NCBI GenBank assembly: GCA_964016885.1
Contig: OZ024740.1
Span: forward strand, 209,560,001-209,624,000
From: Eledone cirrhosa
Lineage: Eukaryota
Reading direction: 5' to 3'
DNA length: 64,000 nt
Part shown: one piece after another, positions 12,525 to 25,700 of the stretch
How the letters are laid out: each line of letters opens with the position of its first letter
Numbering within the stretch: the stretch's first letter is position 1
Program-made: the position numbers and the translations under genes
The notes under the pieces: model-generated
Database searches by the model: none
Told to the model about the DNA's origin: nothing
What the model saw: the letters and a program-made list of their open reading frames with translations, nothing else

Positions 12525-12890
12525 AGGTGATAGTGCTGGTACCACAATAAAATACACCCAGTACAGGTACCACAATAAAAAAAAAAACAGTACACTCTGT
12601 AATGTGACAGTGCTGGTTCCACAATAAAATGCATCCAGTACACTCTGTAAAATGATAGTGCTGGTGCCATGATTAAAATACACCTAGCACACTCTGTAAA
12701 GTGACGGTGCTGGTGCCACAATAAAATGCATCCAGTACACTCTGTAAAGTGATAGTGCTGGTACCATGATTAAAATACACCTAGTACACTCTGTAAAGTG
12801 ACAGTGCTGGTGCCACAATAAAATGCACCTAGTACACTCTGTAAAGTGATAGTGCTGGTGCCATGATAAAATGCACCCAGTACACTTGGT
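12525..12890. repeat. minisatellite of about 48 bp (about 7 units) within an RTE/SINE tail
   Basis: Unit GTGATAGTGCTGGTGCCACAATAAAATGCATCCAGTACACTCTGTAAA, running into the tail motif GGTTGGTG..AAGG.CAT.CAGCC.TAGAAA. Confidence 0.85.
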
Positions 12891-13527
12891 TGGTGAGAAG
12901 GTCATGCAGCCATAGAAAACTTGTCAAAAAGAGGAGCAGGAGGACTCTTCAGCAGTGTCAATGCACACAACAACCTCCCTAGTGTTGATGCTACGATAAA
13001 AGGCACCCAATAGAGTGCAGGAGGTGTATGTAAGTGAGATATAGACCCCGATATATCTGCACTCTCAGAAGAGTGTTGGAAGATATGTAAGCGAGAGGTC
13101 ATAGGCTCTGCTTGAGTATCAACTTGTCTGTGGTGACCTGTCCCAACCATGTTAAATGATGATATATATATAAATATTGACTGAACACACGTGCTTCCTC
13201 CCAACCAAATCTTTTCCTGTTTCTTCCTCTTCTCAGTCTCCTCTATCTATTTCTTTTATTTCCTTTGAAGGACTATTGCCCAAAACATTAAGACTATTCT
13301 CCTACTATATCAAGCATTAAACTAATATATATCTTCACTGTACTGTATTGTTTGCTTTGTGGTTTTCCGTTTACTTTTTGCACACACACACACACACACA
13401 GACACATCATCATTACTCTATCTATATATATGTTACATCGTGGATTGCATAAGGGAACCTTATAATGAATAAACGAATTATGTAATATCAGCATCTTTTT
13501 TTAATGTTATTCCCCTCTATCTCTCTC

Positions 13528-13568
<41 letters not shown>

Positions 13569-14130
13569 GAAAAGTATAGAAATTATTGTAGCGAGAAGCT
13601 AACAGTATTCCATAATATATAAGTGACTATAGCATCAATATATATATATGACAAGCTTCTGCATAGTTTCCTTCAAGTAAATTTCACTCACAACGTATTG
13701 ATTAAGCTCATATTATGGTAGAAGACACTTACCCAAATTTCTGTTCAGTGAGATTAAATCTGGAACCATGTGTTTGCAAAGTGAACTCCTTATATTACAT
13801 AATAATTTTTATTAGCACTTATGATAATCTACTGTCAATGGATATTATACATCTAGTATATAGTATTGTAAGATCACGTGACATTTTATGAGTATATAGC
13901 CTCTATATCTTGTGCTATTTCTATATTTCACACAGTAATATATTTTACATAGTCTCTCATAAGAATAAAGTGTCTTAAAGAATATATATATATATGTGTA
14001 GAGGTTATATTTAATTTGTTGGGATACAACAGGCAAAATATATTTATATAACTGATATAAAGCACTCAAGTTATTGGAGTAAATATACAATATATTAACA
14101 AATGGAAACTATATTTATAAAACCATATTT

Positions 14131-14193
14131 ATTTCATTATACATATTTCAAGGACACCAAAGCAAATTATAGTGCGCTTTCATCAGACAAAAT
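14131..14193 (-). ncRNA. hammerhead motif, mirror copy in the left arm
   Basis: Reverse complement of 14299-14361. Stem I here is ATTTTGT/ATGAAAT. Confidence 0.6.
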
Positions 14194-14298
14194 ATAATAT
14201 AGATCAGTTTTATAAACAAATATTGACATACCCTTAAAGAAATGGTCGCATTCTTTAAGGGTATGTCAATATTTGTTTATAAAACTGATCTATATTAA

Positions 14299-14361
14299 AT
14301 TTTGTCTGATGAAAGCGCACTATAATTTGCTTTGGTGTCCTTGAAATATGTATAATGAAAC
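14299..14361 (+). ncRNA. minimal type I hammerhead ribozyme motif
   Basis: ATTTTGT-CTGATGA-AAGCGCAC...GTGTCCTT-GAAA-TATGTA-TA-ATGAAAC. Stem I has G.U pairs, stem II pairs 7 of 8, and stem III is near-palindromic. Confidence 0.6.
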
Positions 14362-14486
14362 AAATATGGTTTTATAAATATAGTTTCCATTTGTTAATAT
14401 ATTGTATATATATATATATATATATATATGCAAAAAGTAAATGGAAAGCAACACAACAAACGATATAGTACAATGAAGATATGTAT

Positions 14487-14752
14487 CTAAGGCGGGTAAA
14501 ATTCCCGAGATCCATGGACGAGTTCTCTCCAGCGGTCTGTGTCCCTCATTATCGCTGCCATATCCTGCATCTCCAACAGACCAGTCTCTGTCCTTAGGGC
14601 ATCAACATATGTTAACCTTGGTCTTCCTCTTCTAGTGTGTCCATGTAGGGGCTCCCAAAGGAGCACTGAGTGCAATGTCAACTCTGGATGTCGGTGAGCA
14701 TGTCCAGCCAACCTCAGTCTTCTCTGTGTCACTTTTGAGCTGACTTTTGGGA
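14487..14752 (-). mobile_element. 3' fragment of a second RTE-type LINE family
   Basis: PKVSSKVTQRRLRLAGHAHRH...VLLWEP..G...RGRPRLTYVDAL...MRDTDRWR is the typical RTE ORF C-terminus. The ORF's N-terminal residues come from an adjacent SINE A (14766-14868). Confidence 0.85.
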
Positions 14753-15106
14753 TATATATTAATTTAATTGTTTCTACTTTTGGCACAAGGCCAGCAATTA
14801 CCCAGTAGATTATTGGTACTTTATTTTATCGACCCCATAAGGATGAAAGGCAAAGTTAACCTCGGCGGGTATTAATTTAATGCTTGATATATATGTATAT
14901 ATATCATCTCCATTTAATGCCCATTTTTCTACGCTGGTATGGGTTAGACAAATTATCCTGTTGAGCAATTTCAGGTCAGCTGACGATGTCTTGCTCGCAC
15001 AGAACCGATTTTGGGTTGGTTTCTACAGCTGGATGCCCTTCCTAGCACCAACCTCATTTACAGTGTGGGCTGGGTGCATTTTGTAGTGAGCACACAACAC
15101 TCACTG

Positions 15107-15144
<38 letters not shown>

Positions 15145-17796
15145 CATACACACCCTTTGGAGCAAGGTACGGTGTGGACAATCCTGGCCAGACTTGTCTT
15201 TCGACACTGACGACCATGCAAGCATGGAAAAATTGGACGTTAAACGGTGATGATGATAATGCTATATATAATTAAGAACTACATTTAAATAAGGTACTCA
15301 ATACAATTAATAGAGAAGATACATATTTATTTCATAAAGAAATGACTTCTACAGGACCTTGAACTGTTTCATTCGTTTGAAATCCCCAGGACTTTCCTGA
15401 TGTTTTCAAATGAATAAAACAGTTCCAGTTATGTATATAAGTCATTTCTATATGAAATATAATTATATATATATATATATATATACAAACATAAATTATT
15501 GAGATTCGCATTTCGGCCCACGAAATAACGAAAAACAACCTCCGAGATGTGCGGCAAGTGCTCAATGATTCAGATGAACCAGAGCTATAACAAACGTTAA
15601 ACGCCAAACACACTGAGACGATGGTTAAACAATCATTCGCATAGCCAAAAAAACGATCAAGTAATTTGGGTATTGAAAAGGTTGGTAAAATCCAGTATAT
15701 GGGTTTCTGCGGCTCCTAAATCAAGTACCGTCCGCTTACATAAATAATGTCAGGCTTCTGGTAAGATGATTGGACAAAGAAGCCACTTTCTCAACAGGTT
15801 TTAGTTCAATGTTAATACAAGGACTGACTATTGTTGACCCCACGTGGGGTCAGCAATATATAGTTTTGTTAATCTTTTCTCTCCATTATCATATAGTGTA
15901 AAAGTGTGTGTGTGTGTCACTCCTCACACTCTCTCTCTCTCTCTGCAGAAGCTGAAAGAGAAATGTTTGAGTGGGATAGTTGGGTGATGGTGGGGATGGG
16001 GTTGAAAAATATTCAAGCTAAACAGAAAAATGGGTGAGGTAATTTCCCTCAGTCATTATATATACAGAAGAAAAAAAAAGAAAGATGTTGAGTAACAATG
16101 GAATATAAGTTGAAAGAGAGAGTAAGTGGGGGATATAGACACTGCGACTGAGAGAAAAAGAGAGAAGTGGGAGGAAGAAGAAATAGAAAGAGTGTGTATT
16201 CTTTTATTATTATTTACTGAAAATATAGCTGATTTAAAAGAAAAATATGGGGTGCGAAAAATAAATGCCTACTGACCAAACAAGTTTACTGTGCACGTGT
16301 GTATGTATCTATACGTCTCTCTCTCATATATGTGTGTGTGTGTGTTTGTATATATATATGTTTAGTCCTGGATCCCAAGATCATGGTTTTATACCTTGCT
16401 GCAAGTGTTTTATCATATTGCGCCAAGGCTCCTTACACAATCACAAGTCTTACACATACACATATATAGTAATACAAAGACCAAAATACATAGAGGACTT
16501 GATAAGGGTTGTAAATATATATAAGATTACATAAACTCGTAGAGCAAATATTTTTTATTTGTACAGATTAAAAGATTAAGCAACAAATTTCTGCTTTCAC
16601 TCTAAGCAGAATAATCTGAAACTGAGAAAAATCAATCTGTCTGTTAACATGGTTGGCTACGATGTTACAATCCACACTGGTTCTTATTCAGGGTTACTGC
16701 CTTCCTAAGCAGGTCAGAGGATCATGTCTTGCTTTATATTCTATTTTTGAAACGAGTCTCTATGGCTGGACTCCATTCCTAACACCAACCACTTTACAGA
16801 GTGTACTAGGTGTATTTTATCGTGGCAGTAACATTAGAAACGTTAAGTCTTCCCAGCTCTACATTGTCTCCACTCATTTGTCAACCACTTTACAGAGTGT
16901 ATTGTGGGTTTTTTTCTTTTTGTGTACTGTAGCACCAGCACTAGTTAAATTGTTTTGAATCTCATGAGATTAAAGATTATACACTACTCAATATGGCCTC
17001 TAGTCATTCAAGACCATGTCTCCCTTCCTTGTCTACCTATATTTCTCCTTTCACGAACTCTTACTGTAGGTTTCGCTTTTGTCTTTCTTCAAATTAGATA
17101 AATATATACATATACATCAGGTCCGACCACAAAAGAACCAAACTCCTACTCTCCCTAACTCTCACTATTATGAGCAAATTGGGGGCCCTGCGGCCCTGAC
17201 TGACAGAATAGGGAAGTAATGAAGAAGGCAAACAGAAGAGAGATCAATGATGGAAAAAGGACCAGAATGTGTGCGGGAAGAGAGCAAGAATATGATGGGT
17301 GGGATAGGTATGCAAGCTTTGCCCCTCTAGACAAGTAAGCCAAAACACTATTGGCCATGTATGTATATTCTGGATGTGTGAGGAGAGTGCAATGGTACAC
17401 ACCCACCAAATGGAATGTGGATGTGGAAGAGGTAGGGGGGAACAGGAGAGGAACAGTGCTGTAGGGGGTAACAGAAGAGAGGGAGTGCTATAGGGGAGTA
17501 ACAGAAGAGATACATTGCTGTAATGGAGGGAGTGAGAGTATGATGGGGGAAACAGTGCAGACTAATTGAATTTGAATATATTCTCCCAACCTTCAAGAGC
17601 TATTCTAATTTATTAAAGTCTAGCAAGAACACATTCCTCAAGTTTCTATAATCTCCTAAATACTTATAAATAATTATATTTTTCAATGTTGTGGCAAACA
17701 AAATATTAAATTTCATTTCATTTGTTATAATTATATATACTATTAATACTACTATACTGCCTAACTAAAGTTATTTTTATTCTAAAGTCTGTCTTA

Positions 17797-17995
17797 AGAC
17801 TGGTGCTTATCCTGGTTTTGTGGCGTGAAGCAACGTAGAGTACAAGACTCTCCCCTGGACAGGATGCCAGTCCTTTGCAGGGTTATATCTCCAGCTATTG
17901 CTGGTACTCATTTTCAGCTGAGTATACTGGAAAATGTGAAATGAAATGTTTTGCTCAAGAACCCAACATGCTTACCACTAGGCCACATGCTTTCA
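17797..17995 (-). mobile_element. CORE-like SINE with a V-domain-like segment
   Basis: The plus strand CCCCTGGACAGGATGCCAGTCC..TGCAGGGTTA resembles the V-SINE domain, next to a CORE-like TGTTTTGCTCAAGAAC. Confidence 0.55.
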
Positions 17996-18151
17996 CAATC
18001 CTTGTATACAAATGCTATATCTTACAAGATGCTATGGAATTCTGTAAACCAAATTTTATTTTAGTTGTTACTTAGCCCTAGGACAAACCTAACTATATCT
18101 TGTTTCAGGATTAGTATTACTATCAGGATTAGTATTACTAAATTACTATCT

Positions 18152-18550
18152 ATCCATGAAAATTGTTCTGATGAGCTTTCCTTTTTGTTGCCTTGCATTA
18201 ATGAGTTTAAACGGAGCACCAGATCGGTGGCTAGTTCTCATCCATTTACATTTGAAACCCCTAAATGCAATTACCAATTTTATTCTTATAGTTTCTTCCC
18301 TTACACATTTCACCTATGGAATTCCCTACTGACTTCTTGCTTTCCTTACCAATACAATTTGCAAAAATTCAAAAACAACATCAATCTTCTTTCTCCTTGA
18401 ATTATCCTCCTTTCTGAGTAACCCCTTACATTTTAGCGATTTTATTGCCTTGCTTGGGATTATGTTCGCTCTGTCTTCTCTTTCTCCCTTCTCAATAACC
18501 CCCTTGTATTTTAGCAGCTTTATTGCATTGCTTAGGGTGAGCACTATCAT
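18152..18550 (+). mobile_element. CR1/Jockey-group LINE 3' end
   Basis: Encodes CSDELSFLLP...RSTR...SHPFTFETPKC...SFFPYTFHLWNSL..SCFP..YNLQKFKNNIN. The 3' UTR has a duplicated block (about 18405-18460 and 18485-18540). Confidence 0.85.
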
Positions 18551-20595
18551 TGGTACAACATTACATAAGGTGTCTTGTTTTTAACATTATTTTCAAATTT
18601 GTTTCATGTATATTCCAACTCTGTAGTATGCTAAATGGCTTTAGGAGCCAAAGGGACCTCTACACAGTTGCTCAATTTGCTAGAAATAAATATAATAAAG
18701 TATATGTTCTAGGTACATTTTAGCTTGAAAAAAAAAATGATAGAATTGTCATGACACAGACCTGCTCAGTCAGAGTTGACGTGATGTTAAATAACAATAG
18801 TCATTTGGTCTAGTTTAACCTGTTTGATAGCAACCACCCCAAATTCTGTGATGACAAACTTCTTGTTTTAAAGTATTTATGTATATTTAAATAAAAAAAA
18901 CAATGTTATTGAGGAATATTTTTATGTATTAAAGTCGAACTAAAAAAATATTGTTCGTTATTTTACTAAATTTGTTGATTATTTATAAAATCAATTGAAG
19001 ACGTTGGTGTACTTAATTACAAATCTACTTCATTAGAAATCTTGTATTATGCCATTTTGTTCGCAAGACAGCTGAGAGATACCCCTTAGACTGGAGTGTA
19101 GAGTCTGTTGCTCCTTCCCCTCTTACCTTCCTTTTGTTGTTTAATTTCTTTCCTTTTTCCTTACTGCTTTATATAAATTTTTTCTGTAAATAAAGATAAT
19201 TCATTTATTTCTATTAGTATCACTTGGCTCTTGGGTGCTTTAGCAGTGTCCACTCTGTTCTAAATATTTGGACTAGGTCTCCAGTCTGAGGTTAGATAAC
19301 TTGGTATATTAAATGGACTGTTTCCTCCTGTAGTAAATCCTGAGTTGTAATATCTTCCTCTCTTTAGCCCACATCTGTTTAAGGGATAGGGGTGATGCAA
19401 AAGGTCACAGACACAACCATCCCCCCTGTGACTAAGCCATTAAAAAACACAACTAGAAACAAAAACAAAACAAAAACTAGGAAGCTATCCATATTCCCTG
19501 TCATGCTAACTGATAAGCAAATAAAGAAAGAGGCAAGGAAGAAGAAAAAATATGGAAGTTGACTGATTTCAACACATATTTTATAGTACAATTATTGTCA
19601 ATCTGTTTAACCCTTTCATTGCCATATTTCTGAGGAAGGACACTGCTTATAATTTTCAAATGATTTTGAAAATAACAAAAAATTAGGAAGGATATGATAA
19701 TATAATTAAATTTCTGATTATTTGGAGCATAATTTAACAATGGGTCTTATATAAGATTATGATGGAATATTTTCAAATAAATATAAATACTTTAAAACAA
19801 ACACTTTTGTATTAAAATGGTTAAGATGGTAATAAAGTTGATGGTCTCTAAGATTTATATCCTATGTCATAGCCAATTATGTCTGATAGTTTATATTTAG
19901 TAAGCTATAAGTGAAATTAAATGAACAACCTGCTTGGGAAATTAATGTTCAAATAGGTGAGCATTCCCTAGATGTGTGGACCCTTTAACATAATTCTCAG
20001 GGAGATTCACCATGACATGGCTGGCCCCATGAATTTACAGGTACAACTCATTTTTGCCAGCGGAGTGTACTGGAGCAACATGAAATAAACTGTCTTGCTC
20101 AAGAACACAATACACCAATGGTAATTGAACACTAACCACTAATCACTAATTCACACTGCTTCTACATTATTAAGAAGACAAGAGAAGTTTAACGATGTGC
20201 ATATAAATTTTTGTTGAAAATTTACAAACATAACTTTACTCTTGTTTTAGTTTTTTACTGTGGCCATGCTTGAGCAATGCCTTCAAAGGATTATTGCTCA
20301 TATCAACCCCAATACTTAATTCATCAATTTCTAACTGGCAAATTGACAGTTTATTGGACATGGACACAAAACCATTATAAGAAAGGGAGCCTCTGTGATC
20401 ACATGACCTGCTAGAAATAGCAGACAATTCTCTCTCAAATCACACACTTGCATTCTTTGAAATAAGACACATTGATAATGTGATCCTAGATGCACTTTAT
20501 CTGAAAACAAAAGACAGAATGAATACACTGGAATATTTGTTCATCATATGTGCTCTTAATCATAGCTGACATGGAGCTAGCTAAACAGCCATTGG

Positions 20596-20614
<19 letters not shown>

Positions 20615-20626
<12 letters not shown>

Positions 20627-20770
20627 ATAGCTTTCACCGTATTTTTGACTAAAGGAATTTTTAGCTTGATAACGGGGTTTAGAACCCTCAGATAAATGGG
20701 TTCTAAACCCCGTTATCAAGCTAAAAATTCCTTTAGTCAAAAATACGGTGAAAGCTATATATTTTCTAAT
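20615..20770. repeat. perfect palindrome, 73-bp arms and 10-nt loop
   Basis: 20615-20687 is the exact reverse complement of 20698-20770. It lies between (TA)n tracts. Confidence 0.95.
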
Positions 20771-20805
20771 TTCAAACTCGCTCACTGTTTCAAAACATAC
20801 TTACT

Positions 20806-20915
<110 letters not shown>

Positions 20916-21439
20916 ACAGACGTACATATGCATCTAATTCGCTTCTGCACAGTTTCCATCTTCCACTTTTCACACCCGACGCTACAGTAAAAGACATTTC
21001 TGCAATGGTATTGAACTTATAATACATAGTTGGGAGGCGAATTTCTTAACCATAATAAGAACAGGCATGTCTGCATGATTAAGAAGTTCGTTTAGAAACC
21101 ACACGATTTGGGGTTCAGACCCACTGTATAGTATCGTATGCAAGTGTTTTACTTAGTAAGTAAAATTGGTTGAGGGGAAACTGTAAGGAAGCCAAGTGTA
21201 TATACGTGTGTGTGTGTGTGTGTGTGTGTGTACTGTAAATGTGGTTGGTGTTAGGATGGGCATCCAGCTGTAAAAACCCCAGCCAAATTTACAGTCCCGT
21301 CAGAGCAAGGTACAGCGTGGCCAATCATGGCCAGAATTGTCTCTTGATATGGACGACCCGTCTGACCCATGCAAGCATGGAAAAATGGATGTTAAACGGT
21401 GATGATGATGATGATATATATATATGTAAATGTGTGTGT

Positions 21440-21850
21440 GACTTGCCTCAAACGTCATGTCGGCGGCATTTATAGAAGCAGTCACATTGTTTATGTCCCC
21501 TATAAACAATATGCTCTGCACCTTAACGAACGTTAGAGGTATTTATCTCCAACCTAATCCAGGACCTTCTCGCTCCTGTTGGAGGAACCTCTCCCTGGTT
21601 GATCTTCACCGCCTTCTGTTTGGTTTTGGTCATGTCCTCGGTGGTGTAGCCGTACTCACCACGCTTGGCCAATTGCTGGTTGGTGAGGTTATTTAACCCA
21701 TAGTTGTGGTGGATGGCCGTTGATTCTGAGAAGTTCATCCGTCCTTTAACAGCTCTTGTTTTTTTATTTTGTGCTGCTGGAGTTCTATTTACCCTCCTCT
21801 CCAAACCATGGTCTCGTGGGGTAGCTGGTTTAGTCGAGTGGTCGGTATTT
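21440..21850 (-). mobile_element. possible LINE remnant (region before and at the start of an APE endonuclease)
   Basis: Higher-complexity patch. RLEINTSNVR resembles the LxIxTWNVR start of LINE endonucleases, and is followed by a stop and frameshift. Confidence 0.35.
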
Positions 21851-22469
21851 ATATACCGTACTTAAAATAAAGGATAAGGTATGAGTTTGGATTAGGAAGG
21901 GCTCCCAGTCGTATAAAATCTACTTCAAAAAGTTTTGTCCCAACCCAAGCGTGGAAAAATCGAGTGTTATAACGATGATGATGACAGCTACGACTGTGCC
22001 CTGTACTGTCAAAGTTTGAAAAATAAGCTAGACGTGTGTGTGTGTGGTGGTGGTGGGATAAAGCTAACATCAAATTACATAATGAAGCTATTTTGTCTGA
22101 GCTTATACTAATTGTAGTATAGTTGCTTTACAATTGTGTTTTCGTAAATGAAAACACTGTTGTTAACACGTTGTTTCTATCGTCAAACCATAAAGAACAC
22201 CAGTCAGGTGGGACACTAGATTTCTAAACAGCAGTGGTCATCATAGAAACAGAAGTAGCATTACTAACAGTAGAAACAAAACAAAATTGGTGGTGGCGGT
22301 GACGGTAGAGCTAGCATTATAATTTGTAAGGCGGTGATAAATTTTCTGTTAGTTGAACTATTCTAAAGGGCTTCAATGATAGGGTTATGTGTTTAATAAT
22401 TTCCCAGTTCCATATTTATAATAAATATTAATGGCTCTAATAGTTGTTCCAATGTTCAAAAGTGGCTCG

Positions 22470-22775
22470 CCAATGGAATATGTTGCGCACTCCTTGTCTA
22501 TACCATCGCTACCGCAGTGATACATGACCGGACAATGTGGGAGAACGTTCTCTGGCGGGCAGAACCCCAGGCATAAACTGCCTCGTAGTCCTAGCGGACG
22601 GAATGGAGAAGTCTCGGAGTTATCCCGGAGGATGCTGAAGGGAACGCGTTGAAATAGCTTTTCCAACACGCGGGGCTTACTCCTGCGGGTGGCCAACTCC
22701 GCCCCGATGGCAATGAGTAGGGGGGTGGCACTGGGATTGAGAAACACCAGAAACCTCCACCGCTGAGCAAGGGAA
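22470..22775 (-). mobile_element. probable CRE-clade (restriction-like endonuclease) non-LTR retrotransposon 3' remnant
   Basis: GC-rich patch. AVEVSGV (frameshift) LNPSATPLLIAIGAELA...PRVLEKLFQRVPFSILRDN parallels the pattern AVETxGxxGPxAxxFLxxIGxxLA...RxxxxLFQRxSxAIxRGN. Confidence 0.55.
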
Positions 22776-25700
22776 ACAGACGTTAAATTACTGTAAGGGC
22801 TGTGGGTTGACAGTATCGGTAGAGCGTTGAACGAAATGCTTTGCGCTACTTACTTGAGTTCAACTTTGCCTTTCATCTTTCCGGGGTCGATAAATAAAGT
22901 ACGAGTTAAGTACTGGGGTCCATATAAGCGACTTTCCCTTTTCTCCATATTACTTACTATTCATCTGTCAATATTAGAAAGACTATGATGATGATAGTAG
23001 TAGTAGTAGTAGCAGCAGCAGCAGTTATCAATTTTCGAATTTGAATAATTAAATTTACTTTGCCCAAACTTTAAGGAAAATCGTTAATAAAACATTTAGA
23101 GGGTCGGACGCCATGCTTTGTCGCATAGAGTTACGTCCCTTTACGATCTGAGTTCTGAGGTTAACTTTGCCTTTCATCCTTACGGGGTCGATAAAATAAA
23201 GTACCAGTAATGTACTGGGTGATTGAAAGTAGAAACAATTATTTATCAGTGGGGGAAATGTGGGGTGGGGTGGGGGAGTGGCATAGCCAAAGGGTTGGCG
23301 TTCCCTAACTTTTCAGTTTTTTTAGAGTGGGGTGCTTCTTATAGCATCTACCCTCTCTCTCGTTGAGCCTCACTTTCGTGAACCTGAGCGTACTCCTAAT
23401 TTCTTAAAACAATTTCTAACATTGTTGGTGCTACTCTTGTGGTTTATCACTATTTAACCCAAGACAGAGGCCGACTGGTCATACAGGCATTTAGGCAATG
23501 ATCGTTGGACTGGGTTGGTGGTGGTGGGAAAAAGATGGAAAATATGTCACGAAATATGCCATAATTTGAAACGGGAATTGAGCACGTCTTAGATGAGCAA
23601 TGAAAACACTGCTCGGACAAGTCTACCCTGGGCTAACTTATCGAGTAAAGCTTTAATGAAAAGCATTTCAGTCATGATCATTTTATTTTTATTTTCTTCC
23701 ATGCATTGTGTATTTAAGATTACATTATCCAATATGGCCTTCCTTTTTTTTTTTTTTTTTGTAGCGTGTATGATTTTAGGGAAATTTGGTTGCGATATCT
23801 AGTAAGTCAAGAGAGTGCGTAGTGACCTCATTCATTGGCACATGCGATATTTTGTTATGCCCCTTTACGTTCTGTGTTCAAGGAAGACATTTTAAATACA
23901 TAAAATACAAATGAAACATGAAATAAACACTTAAAATTAATATAGAATCAGACACAAGGTTTGTCCATCAAATTTCAAGTTAACAAACTTCTCAGCCTTT
24001 TGATCTGGGCACTTGAAAAATGTAATGGGGCGCTGTGCTCAGTAGCTGTGTTGAATGAAGAATCCTGCATGATTCTTTGATTAGACCCCCCCAGCACCTG
24101 CCTTGATATGGTTGGTCGAAGCCGTCACGCCATGTTGACCCTCCTCCCCCTCACTGTACGACAGACAAGTTAGAAGAGGGCAGTTGACCCCGGCTGCAGG
24201 TATGAAGAAATGCAAAATTTCCTCAATACCTACGACCCACCTAGAAATAAGTGGAAGAAGAAGACTATTTCATCTGTTGGTTATGATAAGGGTCAACAAA
24301 AGAGTATATTTCCCCTGAGCTTTAGGAGCCGTTGCTATGCCACTGCGAATACGATCTGAGTTCAAATCCCGCCGAGGTTGACTTTGCCTTTCATCCTTAC
24401 GGGGTCGATAAAATAAAGTACCAGTAATGCACTGGGTAATTGCTGGCCTTGTGCCTAAAGAAGAAACAATTATTTGTGATCAAATAATAGTTTCAGTTCA
24501 AATCCCACCGATGTCAACTTCGCCTTCATCCGTCCAAGATCGATAAAATAAAGTACCAATCACGTACTGGGGGCGATTACACCCCCCCCCCCCAAAAAAA
24601 GAGAAATTATTTTAAAACAAAGACGGTGAATGGCAGAATCACAAAACATTCTAAAGTACCTTTACGTTCGGAGTTCAAATACTACAGTTCATCCATCCTG
24701 CTTCGATAAATTAAGTGCCAGTCAAGTACTGAGATCGATATAAATAGAATCATTGTTATAGTTTGTAGTAGTAGGTGATAATGAATATAGTGGATTCGTG
24801 CAGAAACATGTAGTTGACCAAAATGAACACGATATTTGCTAGAACCAACCAACTGAAACGCCATACTTATTTCAATAATCAGATATATATATATATGTAC
24901 TGGAAGTGATATACCTCACTCTAAACTGGCAAAATATTTTTGTTTGTTTGGAACATTGCCTAAACAATTACTAAAGAAATGTCCTTTTCAATTAGAAATA
25001 GAAACAAAGTTGCTTAATAAAAATCTGACTGAGCTATTCGAATGATATATATGTTTGTTTGAATGTGACCTGCTTTAAAGACACTAGTAAATTCTGGTTT
25101 AACAGGATATGACTTAGAGATAGTTAATCAGTGAAAAGCTTGAGGGTTTTATATATATATTCGTTTGGACGGTATAATTTCAGCGTGGTATTAACGATAT
25201 GGGAAGTAACACACACGATAGTTGGGGGTGAATAGTGTCCTATACAAATTGTAGCTTGAATAATATGAATATTGAGTTATAAGCCTCTATGGAAATGTCT
25301 CACTAAGAGTTTATGCAAATTAATCTTGTGTACAAATTTAGATTTGTAGAGTTTCACCAACAGTCGCGACAAAATCATATTTTCAAGCTTAGTTTGCTTT
25401 TCAAACAATCACAAACCGTATCTAAAGGATGCTTCACTGCTTCTCTTTGCTACATCCGCCTTGGTTTCTTTGAACTACCAAACTGCAAAATCCGTCTCTC
25501 ATCTTTTAGTGAACCCTACTGGGATTTAAAACCCCCCCCCCCCCACCAACTCATATCTGGCGCCGAACATTTGGACAATCATTTCTCATCAGAACTGATA
25601 ACCTCTGCTATTCCTTCCCCACTTACCTATTTCTAGCATAACTTTATACCCCCAACGGAAATTTAAACTAAGCATCAACCACATCGATTTCTGCAGTCTT

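Larger units (their letters stand above)
14083..14409. repeat. near-perfect palindrome, arms of about 159 bp and loop of about 9 nt; Penelope-like fold-back
   Basis: Arms 14083-14241 and 14251-14409 are reverse complements with two mismatches that I could find. The palindrome abuts (TA)n. Confidence 0.95.

Noticed and set aside
19379-19591. Short Lys-rich frame (MQKVTDTTIPPVTKPLKNTT...) and the hydrophobic antisense ORF
   Set aside because: No recognisable domain or splice context. It is probably decayed repeat or low-complexity sequence.
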